A DNA stretch of 64,000 nucleotides from an uncultured Spirochaetota bacterium (GTDB lineage: Bacteria > Spirochaetota > Brevinematia > Brevinematales > JAOACQ01), in contig CAVYGN010000002.1 of NCBI GenBank assembly GCA_963768055.1, positions 448,001-512,000 on the forward strand, given 5' to 3'. The notes under the pieces are model-generated. The model ran no database searches. It had not been told where the DNA came from and saw only the letters and a program-made list of their open reading frames with translations. The position numbers and the translations under genes were made by a program. Numbering within the stretch: position 1 is the stretch's first letter; each line of letters begins with the position of its first letter. This document shows positions 17,866-26,105 of the stretch, one piece after another.

Positions 17866-18306
17866 ATGAAAGTCATTTTACTTGATAACGTCGTCGGGCT
17901 TGGCAGGGCCGGCGATATAAAAATCGTAAAAGACGGCTTCGCAAGAAATTTCCTGATACCCAAAAAGCTTGTTGAAGTTGCGACAAAAGGGAAAGAAAAG
18001 CACCTTCAGCGGATTGCATCGGCATTGTCTGAAAAAGCAAAGCAATACTATGAACAAGCCGTATCTATGAAGGAAAGGGTAGAAGCCCAGGAAATAGAGA
18101 TACACGCAAAAGCGGGAGAAGAGGGGAAGCTCTTCGGTTCTATTACCAACACAGACCTGTCGAAATTATTTATGGAAAAGGGGTTCGATATCGATAAAAA
18201 GAAAATCCTCCTCGACCATATCAAAGTGATCGGCGACCACATCGCGAGGATCAAGCTTGATGAGGGCGTCATAGCATCAGTAAAGATCAAGGTAACGGCC
18301 GATTAA
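17866..18306 (+). CDS. rplI: 50S ribosomal protein L9
   Basis: MKVILL..V.GLG..GDI..VKDGFARNFLIP, GKLFGSIT. Confidence 0.97.
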   Translation: MKVILLDNVVGLGRAGDIKIVKDGFARNFLIPKKLVEVATKGKEKHLQRIASALSEKAKQYYEQAVSMKERVEAQEIEIHAKAGEEGKLFGSITNTDLSKLFMEKGFDIDKKKILLDHIKVIGDHIARIKLDEGVIASVKIKVTAD

Positions 18307-18308
18307 TT

Positions 18309-19721
18309 ATGGCCTTCGATGATCTCTTAAAAAGGACCCCGCCCCACAGCATGGAAGCTGAGGAATCCTGTATCGGCGCGATGCTCATGTCTAAAAACGC
18401 CATATCAGCCATTCAGGAAATAATAAGAGATGATGATTTTTTCGATGAAAAAAACAGGATAATTTTTAAAGCGATTAACGATCTCAGTGAAAAAAACCAG
18501 CCTGTGGACACGGTAAGCCTCACGAACAAGCTGGAATCGTCCGGCCTGCTGCAGAAGGCCGGAGGAAACGCTTACATTGCAAGATTAATAGAAAACGTAC
18601 CATCCCTTTCAAATGTCCAGGCGCACGCACGGATCGTTCTTGAAAAATCCATGTTAAGGGAACTGATTAACTCCGCCAGGACCATTATTGATAATGTTTA
18701 CGAGGACCAGTCCGATGTCGAAAAGCTATCGGACGAAGCGGAGAGACTGATCTTCAATGTTACTAACCGTAAACTCCGTTCAAATTACCAATTGATCAAG
18801 GATATAATCCCGGACACCCTTAAAGGGATCGAGCGAATTTCCAAATCCAAACATGTTTATACAGGTCTGCCGACAGGTTTCACGGAATTGGACGACAAGA
18901 CGAGCGGTTTCCAGAACGGCGACCTGATAGTTATAGCGGCAAGGCCATCTATGGGAAAAACAGCTTTCGCACTCAACATAGCCTCCAATATAGCGAAAAT
19001 GAACGAGAATAATTCAGTGATGATTTTCTCCCTCGAAATGTCGTACCAGGAACTGGTCTTCAGGATGCTCTCAAGCGAATCGCGCCTCGATATGCAGAAA
19101 CTGAGAAAAGGGCAGCTCAGAACATCGTCCATAAAAGAGGAGGATGAATGGGAAAGGCTGGTTAATGCGGCGGGAACCCTTTCACGGATGAAAATCCTGA
19201 TCGACGACACCCCCGCGATAACTTTGAACGAGATAAGGGCAAAATCAAGAAGGGTAAAGGCCAGATTCGGGATAAAGGCTCTTTTTATAGATCATCTTCA
19301 GCTTGTTACCACTGTAGATTCGAATAAAATGATAATAAACAGGAACAATGAAATTTCGTACATATCCAGGAGCCTCAAAGCTTTAGCAAAAGAGCTCGAA
19401 ATACCGATAATAGTATTGTCCCAGCTTTCAAGGAAGGTCGATGAAAGGGGCAAGGACCATAGGCCCATCCTTTCCGATCTCAGGGAATCGGGGGCGATCG
19501 AACAGGACGCTGATATAGTAGCTTTCCTTTACCGGGAAGAATATTACAATAAAGACAGCGACAAGAAAAACAGAGCCGATCTCCTTCTTCAGAAACAGAG
19601 GAATGGCCCTATTGGAGACATTCAAATGGCTTTCAGCAAGGAAAGTGTCCGTTTCGATAACCTTGATAAATTTTCAGTATACCTGGAAGCCCAAAACGTT
19701 CCGGCAGAAGAACAATTTTAG
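18309..19721 (+). CDS. dnaB: Replicative DNA helicase DnaB
   Basis: PPHSMEAE, AARPSMGKT, FSLEM, IDHLQL, LSQLSR, SDLRESGAIEQDAD, KQRNGP; no intein. Confidence 0.98.
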   Translation: MAFDDLLKRTPPHSMEAEESCIGAMLMSKNAISAIQEIIRDDDFFDEKNRIIFKAINDLSEKNQPVDTVSLTNKLESSGLLQKAGGNAYIARLIENVPSLSNVQAHARIVLEKSMLRELINSARTIIDNVYEDQSDVEKLSDEAERLIFNVTNRKLRSNYQLIKDIIPDTLKGIERISKSKHVYTGLPTGFTELDDKTSGFQNGDLIVIAARPSMGKTAFALNIASNIAKMNENNSVMIFSLEMSYQELVFRMLSSESRLDMQKLRKGQLRTSSIKEEDEWERLVNAAGTLSRMKILIDDTPAITLNEIRAKSRRVKARFGIKALFIDHLQLVTTVDSNKMIINRNNEISYISRSLKALAKELEIPIIVLSQLSRKVDERGKDHRPILSDLRESGAIEQDADIVAFLYREEYYNKDSDKKNRADLLLQKQRNGPIGDIQMAFSKESVRFDNLDKFSVYLEAQNVPAEEQF

Positions 19722-19731
19722 GGTATTCAAT

Positions 19732-20499
19732 ATGGATAGGCTCAGGAATTTTTTCCTCGACCTCGCCAAATTCACTTTGTTTTCTTTCGAAGCTATACGT
19801 CTTATACCGAAAAGTATTGTCAAACCCTTTGAAATAATAAGGAACATTTCGGAAATCGGCGTCCAGTCTGTGTCGATTGTCAGCGCTACGGGCTTTTTCC
19901 TGGGATTGATACTCGGACTGCAGTTAAGCGATGCTATGGAAGCTATAATAGCCGGTACTTCTCTGTATATCAGCGGCGCCTTGTCAGTCAGCCTTGTCAA
20001 GGAGATCGGACCTGTGTTCGCTTCGCTTATAGTCGTAAGCAGGATCTGTTCTTCCGTGACGGCCCAGTTAGGGACCATGAAGGTTACAGAGCAGATAGAC
20101 GCGCTTAAAACCCTTGCGGTTAATCCGGTTGAATACCTTGTTACACCAAGGCTTATCGCCGGGATTATCTCTCTTCCTATCCTTGGATTTATTTCTATTT
20201 TAGCTTCAATGATCGGATCCTGGCTGATGGTTACAATTTTTTTCGACATACCTACTGAAACGTTCTTAGACGTCGCCCAATCCACTCTGCAGATCAGATA
20301 TGTAATAGAGTCTTTCTTTAAAATGATGGTAATCGGAGGAGTGCTGCTGCTGGTAAGCACTTACTGCGGATTCGAAACGAAGAACGGGGCCGCCGGGGTC
20401 GGAGAATCTACAATTCGTTCCGTCGTGGTCAGCAGCTTCCTCGTCATACTGCTGGACTATATACTTGGGACCGTATTTCTCTTATTTTCAGGAGTATAA
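19732..20499 (+). CDS. mlaE: MlaE-family ABC permease
   Basis: KEIGPV, AQLGTMKVTEQIDAL, YLVTPR, GAAGVG.ST..SVV; ATG at 19732 follows the dnaB stop. Confidence 0.92.
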   Translation: MDRLRNFFLDLAKFTLFSFEAIRLIPKSIVKPFEIIRNISEIGVQSVSIVSATGFFLGLILGLQLSDAMEAIIAGTSLYISGALSVSLVKEIGPVFASLIVVSRICSSVTAQLGTMKVTEQIDALKTLAVNPVEYLVTPRLIAGIISLPILGFISILASMIGSWLMVTIFFDIPTETFLDVAQSTLQIRYVIESFFKMMVIGGVLLLVSTYCGFETKNGAAGVGESTIRSVVVSSFLVILLDYILGTVFLLFSGV

Positions 20500-20504
20500 C
20501 TCAG

Positions 20505-21323
20505 ATGGAGTATAAGATCGAAATATTCTCTTTGTGTAAAATAATGAACGGTAAAAAGGTCCTGGATAATATGGATCTTAAGATCAAGGAAACGGAAACT
20601 TTTACTATACTCGGCCAGAGCGGGGTGGGTAAGAGCGTGCTGTTGAAACATATTATCGGACTTTTAACGCCGGACAGCGGTGAAATTTATATTGACGGGG
20701 AAAAGATTGATTACAGCAATCCCCAGGAAGCCGATAAATACCGTACAAAATTCGGAATGCTTTTTCAGGGAGGGGCCCTTTTCGATTCCTTATCTGTAAG
20801 CGATAATATACTTTTTGCTCTTGACCACCTCCGTCCTGAACTTATGGAAGTTGTAAAACAGGAACTGATGGAAAGGGCTCTCGAACTGGTCGAACTTCCA
20901 GGGATCGAAAAACTGATGATTTCCTCCCTGTCCGGGGGAATGATGAAAAGAGTCGCCCTGGCAAGAGCGATAGTAGCCGAGCCGTCCATCATTCTTTTCG
21001 ACGAACCTACTACAGGCCTCGATCCAATTACCGCAGCCAACGTCAACGAACTGATAATACACCTTAAGCAAAAGCTCAATACAACTTTTGTCATTGTCAC
21101 CCATGATATCAAAAGCGCAAAATATTTTTCAGACCGTGTAGGCATGCTTTACGGCGGAAAAATTATATTCATCGGCACTCCCGGCGAATTGGAAAAGACC
21201 GACAATCCCTATGTCAGGCAGTTTATCGAGGGAAGGTATGAAGGGCCCATAACTGACGATTATAATGCGGCCTTCGAGGGCATGCTGAAAAATAATATAA
21301 TATCGAAAAAAAGAGGTGGATAG
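20505..21323 (+). CDS. mlaF: MlaF-family ABC ATPase
   Basis: GQSGVGKS, FQGGALFDS, LSGGMMKRVALARA, DEPTTGLDP. Confidence 0.92.
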   Translation: MEYKIEIFSLCKIMNGKKVLDNMDLKIKETETFTILGQSGVGKSVLLKHIIGLLTPDSGEIYIDGEKIDYSNPQEADKYRTKFGMLFQGGALFDSLSVSDNILFALDHLRPELMEVVKQELMERALELVELPGIEKLMISSLSGGMMKRVALARAIVAEPSIILFDEPTTGLDPITAANVNELIIHLKQKLNTTFVIVTHDIKSAKYFSDRVGMLYGGKIIFIGTPGELEKTDNPYVRQFIEGRYEGPITDDYNAAFEGMLKNNIISKKRGG

Positions 21324-22248
21324 TATGGAAAGGGGTAAAAAAATCAACAGGGTAAATCTGGGCGCTTTCATATTCGCCGGAATCGTTCTCATGTTCGTAT
21401 TCATCTACTTCGCCGGAAAACTCAGCTTTCTCATCGGGGGCGGCTACACTCTTTCAATTCAGTATGATTTTCTCGATAATCTGCAAACGGGGTCTAAGAT
21501 TCGCGTTTCGGGAGGCCCGTCGGTCGGCTACATCGATAAAATATCCTTCGAGGGCGGCAAGATCGTCGTGAGAGCCCTCATCCAGAACAACTTCAGGATA
21601 AACAGGAACGCAAAGTTTTATATATATTCCACAAGTCTCGTAGGCCAGAAATATATCAACGTATCGGATTACGACCCGACAGCCTCGGAATTTTTTACAA
21701 ACAACGAATATATAATAGGAAATTCACCGATCGGTTTCTCCCGTACTATCGAACTGGCAGGGTCGATCGTGAACAGCCTCATATCATCCTCCAATAACTC
21801 CGATGTAGTCAATAAACTCAAAGACACGTTCCAGAACACTATGGATCTCATCGCGGGCCTCAACCGGGTCGTAAAGGAGAACGAAGGCGACTTGAGGCAG
21901 AGCATCTACAATCTCAACCAGGGCCTGAAAAATTCAGCCGAGGTCATGGGACGCGTCAATCACACGATAGAGAACCTGGAGTCTTTTACGAAGAAAATCA
22001 ATAACAGCATGAATTCGCTCACTCCGAATGAGATCGGCGATCTTATCAGCAATGTAACAAGCCTGAGTCTCGAATTGAAAAACCTTTCGGAGGATATAAA
22101 TAAGCTTTCTTATGATAAAACAAGCCCGCTTTATCTTATGAGGGATAAAGAAACTAAAACGAGGCTCGATACAACGCTGAAAAATTTTGAAATATTCAGC
22201 CAAAAAATCAGCTCGAACCCGTCAGCCCTTATTTTCGGAAGCAAGTAA
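21316..22248 (+). CDS. mlaD: MlaD/MCE-family protein
   Basis: N-terminal TM, L..GSKIRVSGG..VG.I, SLVGQKYI, helical tail. Confidence 0.88.
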   Translation: MDSMERGKKINRVNLGAFIFAGIVLMFVFIYFAGKLSFLIGGGYTLSIQYDFLDNLQTGSKIRVSGGPSVGYIDKISFEGGKIVVRALIQNNFRINRNAKFYIYSTSLVGQKYINVSDYDPTASEFFTNNEYIIGNSPIGFSRTIELAGSIVNSLISSSNNSDVVNKLKDTFQNTMDLIAGLNRVVKENEGDLRQSIYNLNQGLKNSAEVMGRVNHTIENLESFTKKINNSMNSLTPNEIGDLISNVTSLSLELKNLSEDINKLSYDKTSPLYLMRDKETKTRLDTTLKNFEIFSQKISSNPSALIFGSK

Positions 22249-22257
22249 GGACGAAGC

Positions 22258-22923
22258 ATGATTCCTTTAAGAGATGAGAACCCGCCTAAAAGTTTCCCTA
22301 TAATCAACGTTTGTCTCTTAGTCCTCAACGTTTTAGTATTTATTGTGCAGGTAACCTCTGAAAACTTAAACAGGGAACTTATTTACAGGTTTTCTCTTAT
22401 ACCCTCTTTATTTTTTAACGACCCGGCCGCAAACTGGTTCCGGCCGGTCACTTACCTGTTCCTGCATGGGGGATTCGTCCATATAATCGGGAACATGCTT
22501 TTTTTGTATATTTTCGGCGGCAATATCGAGGATATCCTGGGACATACACGCTATTTATTTTATTACCTCGCCGTAGGGATCTGCGGCGGTCTTTTCCAGG
22601 CAGCCCTTACAATGCATACTTCAGGGCCGATAATCGGCGCAAGCGGCGCAATTTCCGGGGTGTTGACGGCCTACATCCTGCTGTTCCCGTACAGAAGGAT
22701 ACTGACGCTGGTCTTTCTCGGGTTTTTCATTATGCCGGTAAGGATACCGGCCTTTGTCTATATAACCATATGGATCGGCGGGCAGTTTCTGGGGCTGGTT
22801 TCAAGCGTTTTCGGGGATAACGGAAATAATGTAGCTTATTTCGTCCACTTCGGAGGCATTATCTCGGGCTTCCTTTATATTTACGTGCAGAGACGGCAGC
22901 TTCTGAGAAAATATTACACTTGA
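22258..22923 (+). CDS. Rhomboid-family intramembrane serine protease
   Basis: MIPLRDENP, FLHGGFVHIIGNM, GASGAISG, VAYFVHFGG. Confidence 0.93.
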   Translation: MIPLRDENPPKSFPIINVCLLVLNVLVFIVQVTSENLNRELIYRFSLIPSLFFNDPAANWFRPVTYLFLHGGFVHIIGNMLFLYIFGGNIEDILGHTRYLFYYLAVGICGGLFQAALTMHTSGPIIGASGAISGVLTAYILLFPYRRILTLVFLGFFIMPVRIPAFVYITIWIGGQFLGLVSSVFGDNGNNVAYFVHFGGIISGFLYIYVQRRQLLRKYYT

Positions 22924-24209
22924 GGTGCGGTTTTTTCAAGGTATTTCAAACCCTTCCTGCCTATGTCCTTCCTGTAAGTGACGCCCTGGAAATCGATCCT
23001 GGTCGCCTTATCATATGCTCTCATTACCGCTTCCCTCAAGTCGCGCCCGAGGGCCGATACGCATATTACCCGCCCCCCGTCCGTCAAAAGAGTGCCGTCC
23101 GGGTCTTTTTTGGTTCCTGCATGAAAAACATATACCCCGGGTTCGTCCCCGATATCTCCCGTTATCTCGTAACCCTTCGAATAATTACCCGGATATCCCT
23201 GCGAAGCAAGCACGACGCCCGCACAGTACCCCGGAACCTGTTCGACTATGAGCTGCCGGAGGCTGCCATGCACCGATGCCGTAATTATATCAAGCAGGTC
23301 TGTTTTTAAAAGAGGCAGGACAACCTGGGCCTCCGGATCGCCCAGCCTTATATTGTACTCGATCACCGACGGTCCGTTAGCCGTCAGCATAAGGCCGAGA
23401 TATAGAAAGCCAGTGTATGGGCATTCGTCCCTGAGCATGCCGGCCAGAGTAGGCCTTATTATATTGTCCGTGATAATTCCCTTCAGGGTATCGTCCAGAA
23501 ACGGAACAGGCGCGAACGCCCCCATACCGCCGGTGTTGGGCCCAAGATCGTTATCGTAAATCCTTTTATGGTCCTGTGCAGGCGCGAGCCATTTAAAATC
23601 ATGCCCGTCGGTCGCTATGAAAACGCTTACCTCTTCGCCTTCCAGGAATTCTTCAAGTACGACCCTGTCACCCGCGCTCCCGAATTCCCTATCGATCATT
23701 ACCCTTTTAACGGCCGCGATTGTTTCTTCCGGCGTACTGCAGACTATGGCCCCTTTACCGGAGGCAAGGCCGTCTGTCTTAACAACATAGCGCTTGTCTG
23801 TTTTATTCACGAATTCGATAGCTTTGTCCGGGTCTTCAAAAATCCTGAATTTAGCGGTTGGTATACTATACCTTGCCAGGAACTCCTTCAAATATGCCTT
23901 GCTGCCCTCAAGCCTCGCGGCACCGGCGGAAGGCCCGAAAACCGCGGCCTTCGTTTTCTTAAGAATGTCGGCTATCCCGTCCGTGAGGGGCTTTTCGGGC
24001 CCAACTACAACCAGGTCGATCTTCGCGATTTCTATGAATTCCTCGATTTCGGTAAAGGGGCTGGCTATATCAACGGGCACGTTCCTCCCGTATTTCGAAG
24101 TTCCGCCGTTGCCCGGCATTACGAAGAGATTGTCGCATCTCGGGCTTTTTGAAAGCGCCCATGCGAGAGCGCTTTCCCTTCCCCCGCTGCCGATCACAGC
24201 TACGTTCAT
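22914..24209 (-). CDS. purD: Phosphoribosylamine--glycine ligase
   Basis: GSGGRE, PGNGG, VVGPE, LEGSK, KTDGLASGKG, QDHKR, GPNTGGMG, RLGDPE. Confidence 0.98.
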   Translation of the reverse strand: MNVAVIGSGGRESALAWALSKSPRCDNLFVMPGNGGTSKYGRNVPVDIASPFTEIEEFIEIAKIDLVVVGPEKPLTDGIADILKKTKAAVFGPSAGAARLEGSKAYLKEFLARYSIPTAKFRIFEDPDKAIEFVNKTDKRYVVKTDGLASGKGAIVCSTPEETIAAVKRVMIDREFGSAGDRVVLEEFLEGEEVSVFIATDGHDFKWLAPAQDHKRIYDNDLGPNTGGMGAFAPVPFLDDTLKGIITDNIIRPTLAGMLRDECPYTGFLYLGLMLTANGPSVIEYNIRLGDPEAQVVLPLLKTDLLDIITASVHGSLRQLIVEQVPGYCAGVVLASQGYPGNYSKGYEITGDIGDEPGVYVFHAGTKKDPDGTLLTDGGRVICVSALGRDLREAVMRAYDKATRIDFQGVTYRKDIGRKGLKYLEKTAPQV

Positions 24210-24332
24210 GAGAGGCTCCTGATTTGATTTTAGACGTTATTATAGCATGCCGGGATAGATTTTGGAAGACCGGGAGAAGGAACGGAAACAAAGATTACAC
24301 AGATCGCGATTAGATTTCACAAAAGCAGGGAG

Positions 24333-24737
24333 TCATTGAATTATTTCAATCCCCGGTATCATGTTAAAATCGTTTTCATTATAAGTGGCTATTATCGAGA
24401 GTCCGTTCGCTATCATAATCGATATAATTTCAATATCGAAAACCTTAATGCCGGCAGGCTGATATTTTGTTATCAGATCATTGAATATTGAATTTGACCT
24501 TTTATCTGGATAGATTAATTTCACAGTCGAACAGAAAACTCGGAGTGTCTGGATAATATCCTTATAAGGCATGAGCTGTAATTTTGAAGCGACAGAAATG
24601 AACTCGCTGATATTTTTATTAGTCAGGAAAAAATTAAATTCCTTATTTAACAGTAGGGATTTTGCTTTTTCACAATAAACGGAATCCGAATTTAACGCGC
24701 ATATCAAGACATTCGTATCGAGAAGTACGTCACTCAT
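24333..24737 (-). CDS. PIN-domain (VapC-like) toxin
   Basis: LLDTNVL, E, FD..I, ATYNENDF acidic PIN residues. Confidence 0.85.
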   Translation of the reverse strand: MSDVLLDTNVLICALNSDSVYCEKAKSLLLNKEFNFFLTNKNISEFISVASKLQLMPYKDIIQTLRVFCSTVKLIYPDKRSNSIFNDLITKYQPAGIKVFDIEIISIMIANGLSIIATYNENDFNMIPGIEIIQ

Positions 24738-24933
24738 ATACGATATCCCGCAATTTTTTTTGATCCAGGTCTTTTCCGAAATGATATTTACCCAGGATAT
24801 CCTTTATACCGGGATCAGGGGCGCCCGGCTGCTGAGAATCCAGCCTGATTTCCACACATGCCCTTATATTGGGCAAATCTTTATCGGTAATCCTGACTTT
24901 ACCGTGGTCGTAAATGCCATGCAAAATTATCAT
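24730..24933 (-). CDS. Putative antitoxin (AF2212/DUF104-like)
   Basis: 67 aa, LHGIYDHGKV motif, overlaps the start of the PIN gene, GGAG RBS. Confidence 0.65.
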   Translation of the reverse strand: MIILHGIYDHGKVRITDKDLPNIRACVEIRLDSQQPGAPDPGIKDILGKYHFGKDLDQKKLRDIVYE

Positions 24934-25048
24934 ATAAATTCTCCCTATATAATTTAATACCGGGAAGGAAAAAACGCAAGAGTATTGTTCAGCAATAAAA
25001 TTAAAGCCGAAGCCGATATTTTTTGCGGTAAACCATGATTGGTGTTAA

Positions 25049-25282
25049 ATGCTGCAGTTGTACGAAAAAGCCGGCGTAAAAGAATACTGGATAGTCGATC
25101 CGGGCAGCCGGGTCATTCACCAGTACGCAAATAAGAATAACCGGTTCGGCCTGGTGAAGATGCATGAAACCGAAAGTATTGTCGAATCGGCCGTTATCGA
25201 GGGCCTGAAAGTGAAACTATCCCGATATTCGAAGGGGAATAAACGGCGCCCTCGCTTCCGTCTTCAACTTTTTACAAACTAA
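25049..25282 (+). pseudogene. Uma2 (PDDEXK) endonuclease C-terminal fragment
   Basis: LYEKAGVKEYWIVDP...ESAVIEGLKV present; N-terminal half absent. Confidence 0.7.
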
Positions 25283-25700
25283 ACCCATTATCTTTATATA
25301 TGCCAAGATGCCTTCTAAATCTTTTTGGAATATCAATTTCAACATTGTAACCAGTAATTCTTAGAGCTTCTTTAATGGCATCAATCCCGTCATTATAGAA
25401 CTGATCAATTCTTCTTTCCCTGTTTTCGATGTTCTTATAGCCGGTAGGGCAAACGAAGGTCCAGTCGGCGCCTGTCTTACTCAAAACAACCCTGAAATAT
25501 TTATCAACATCAAGTTCATTATAATCAAGTTTTTTTAAAAGAATATTGTGTTCAGGAGCATCATCCATATTTGCCAGCAGCATTTCTTTTTTATCATAAG
25601 AAACCATCATGATTAATGGATAATCAAGACTCATTGCCTTTTCTACAGTGGTCTTATCCGGGTAATATTTAATATCCATTATCTTCTCCGCTGCAATCAC
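25272..25700 (-). CDS. Hypothetical protein
   Basis: 142-aa ORF, GTG start with GAAAGG RBS, natural-looking composition. Confidence 0.7.
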   Translation of the reverse strand: MIAAEKIMDIKYYPDKTTVEKAMSLDYPLIMMVSYDKKEMLLANMDDAPEHNILLKKLDYNELDVDKYFRVVLSKTGADWTFVCPTGYKNIENRERRIDQFYNDGIDAIKEALRITGYNVEIDIPKRFRRHLGIYKDNGFSL

Positions 25701-26012
25701 CGGCCTTTCTTTGAAATTGACACCTTTTTTTGGGTATTACATAATCCTTTCATATATTATACATACTATTTATGTACTTGTCAGGTTTTCAAATTTTATT
25801 TTTACTCCAATCCAATAACGCAATAACAGCCACCTTTCTGACTATTACGAAATCGCAGAGCTGGTGGGAGCTTCCGGATCAGTCAGCCGGATGGACACTG
25901 TCCCGGTCTTTATAGCTTTTTTAACTTATCCTTTCAGACAGCTACACATGGGTAGAAGTTCGTAATAATGAAGGCCGAATTAAACTGCCCATATAAAAAT
26001 TCCCATTTTTCC

Positions 26013-26041
26013 TTGACAATAAAAGTTTAACAAAATAACAT
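26013..26041 (+). promoter_or_regulatory. Putative sigma70 promoter of the expansin lipoprotein gene
   Basis: TTGACA-17 bp-TAACAT. Confidence 0.45.
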
Positions 26042-26105
26042 TTATATATTAAATATTTGTTATAATTTATTTATAAAATTAAAAACCGATAAAAGGAGTC
26101 CTGAT

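Noticed and set aside
19603..19731. Extended N-terminus of mlaE from the ORF track
   Set aside because: Overlaps dnaB by about 120 bp; ATG at 19732 gives a normal-length MlaE
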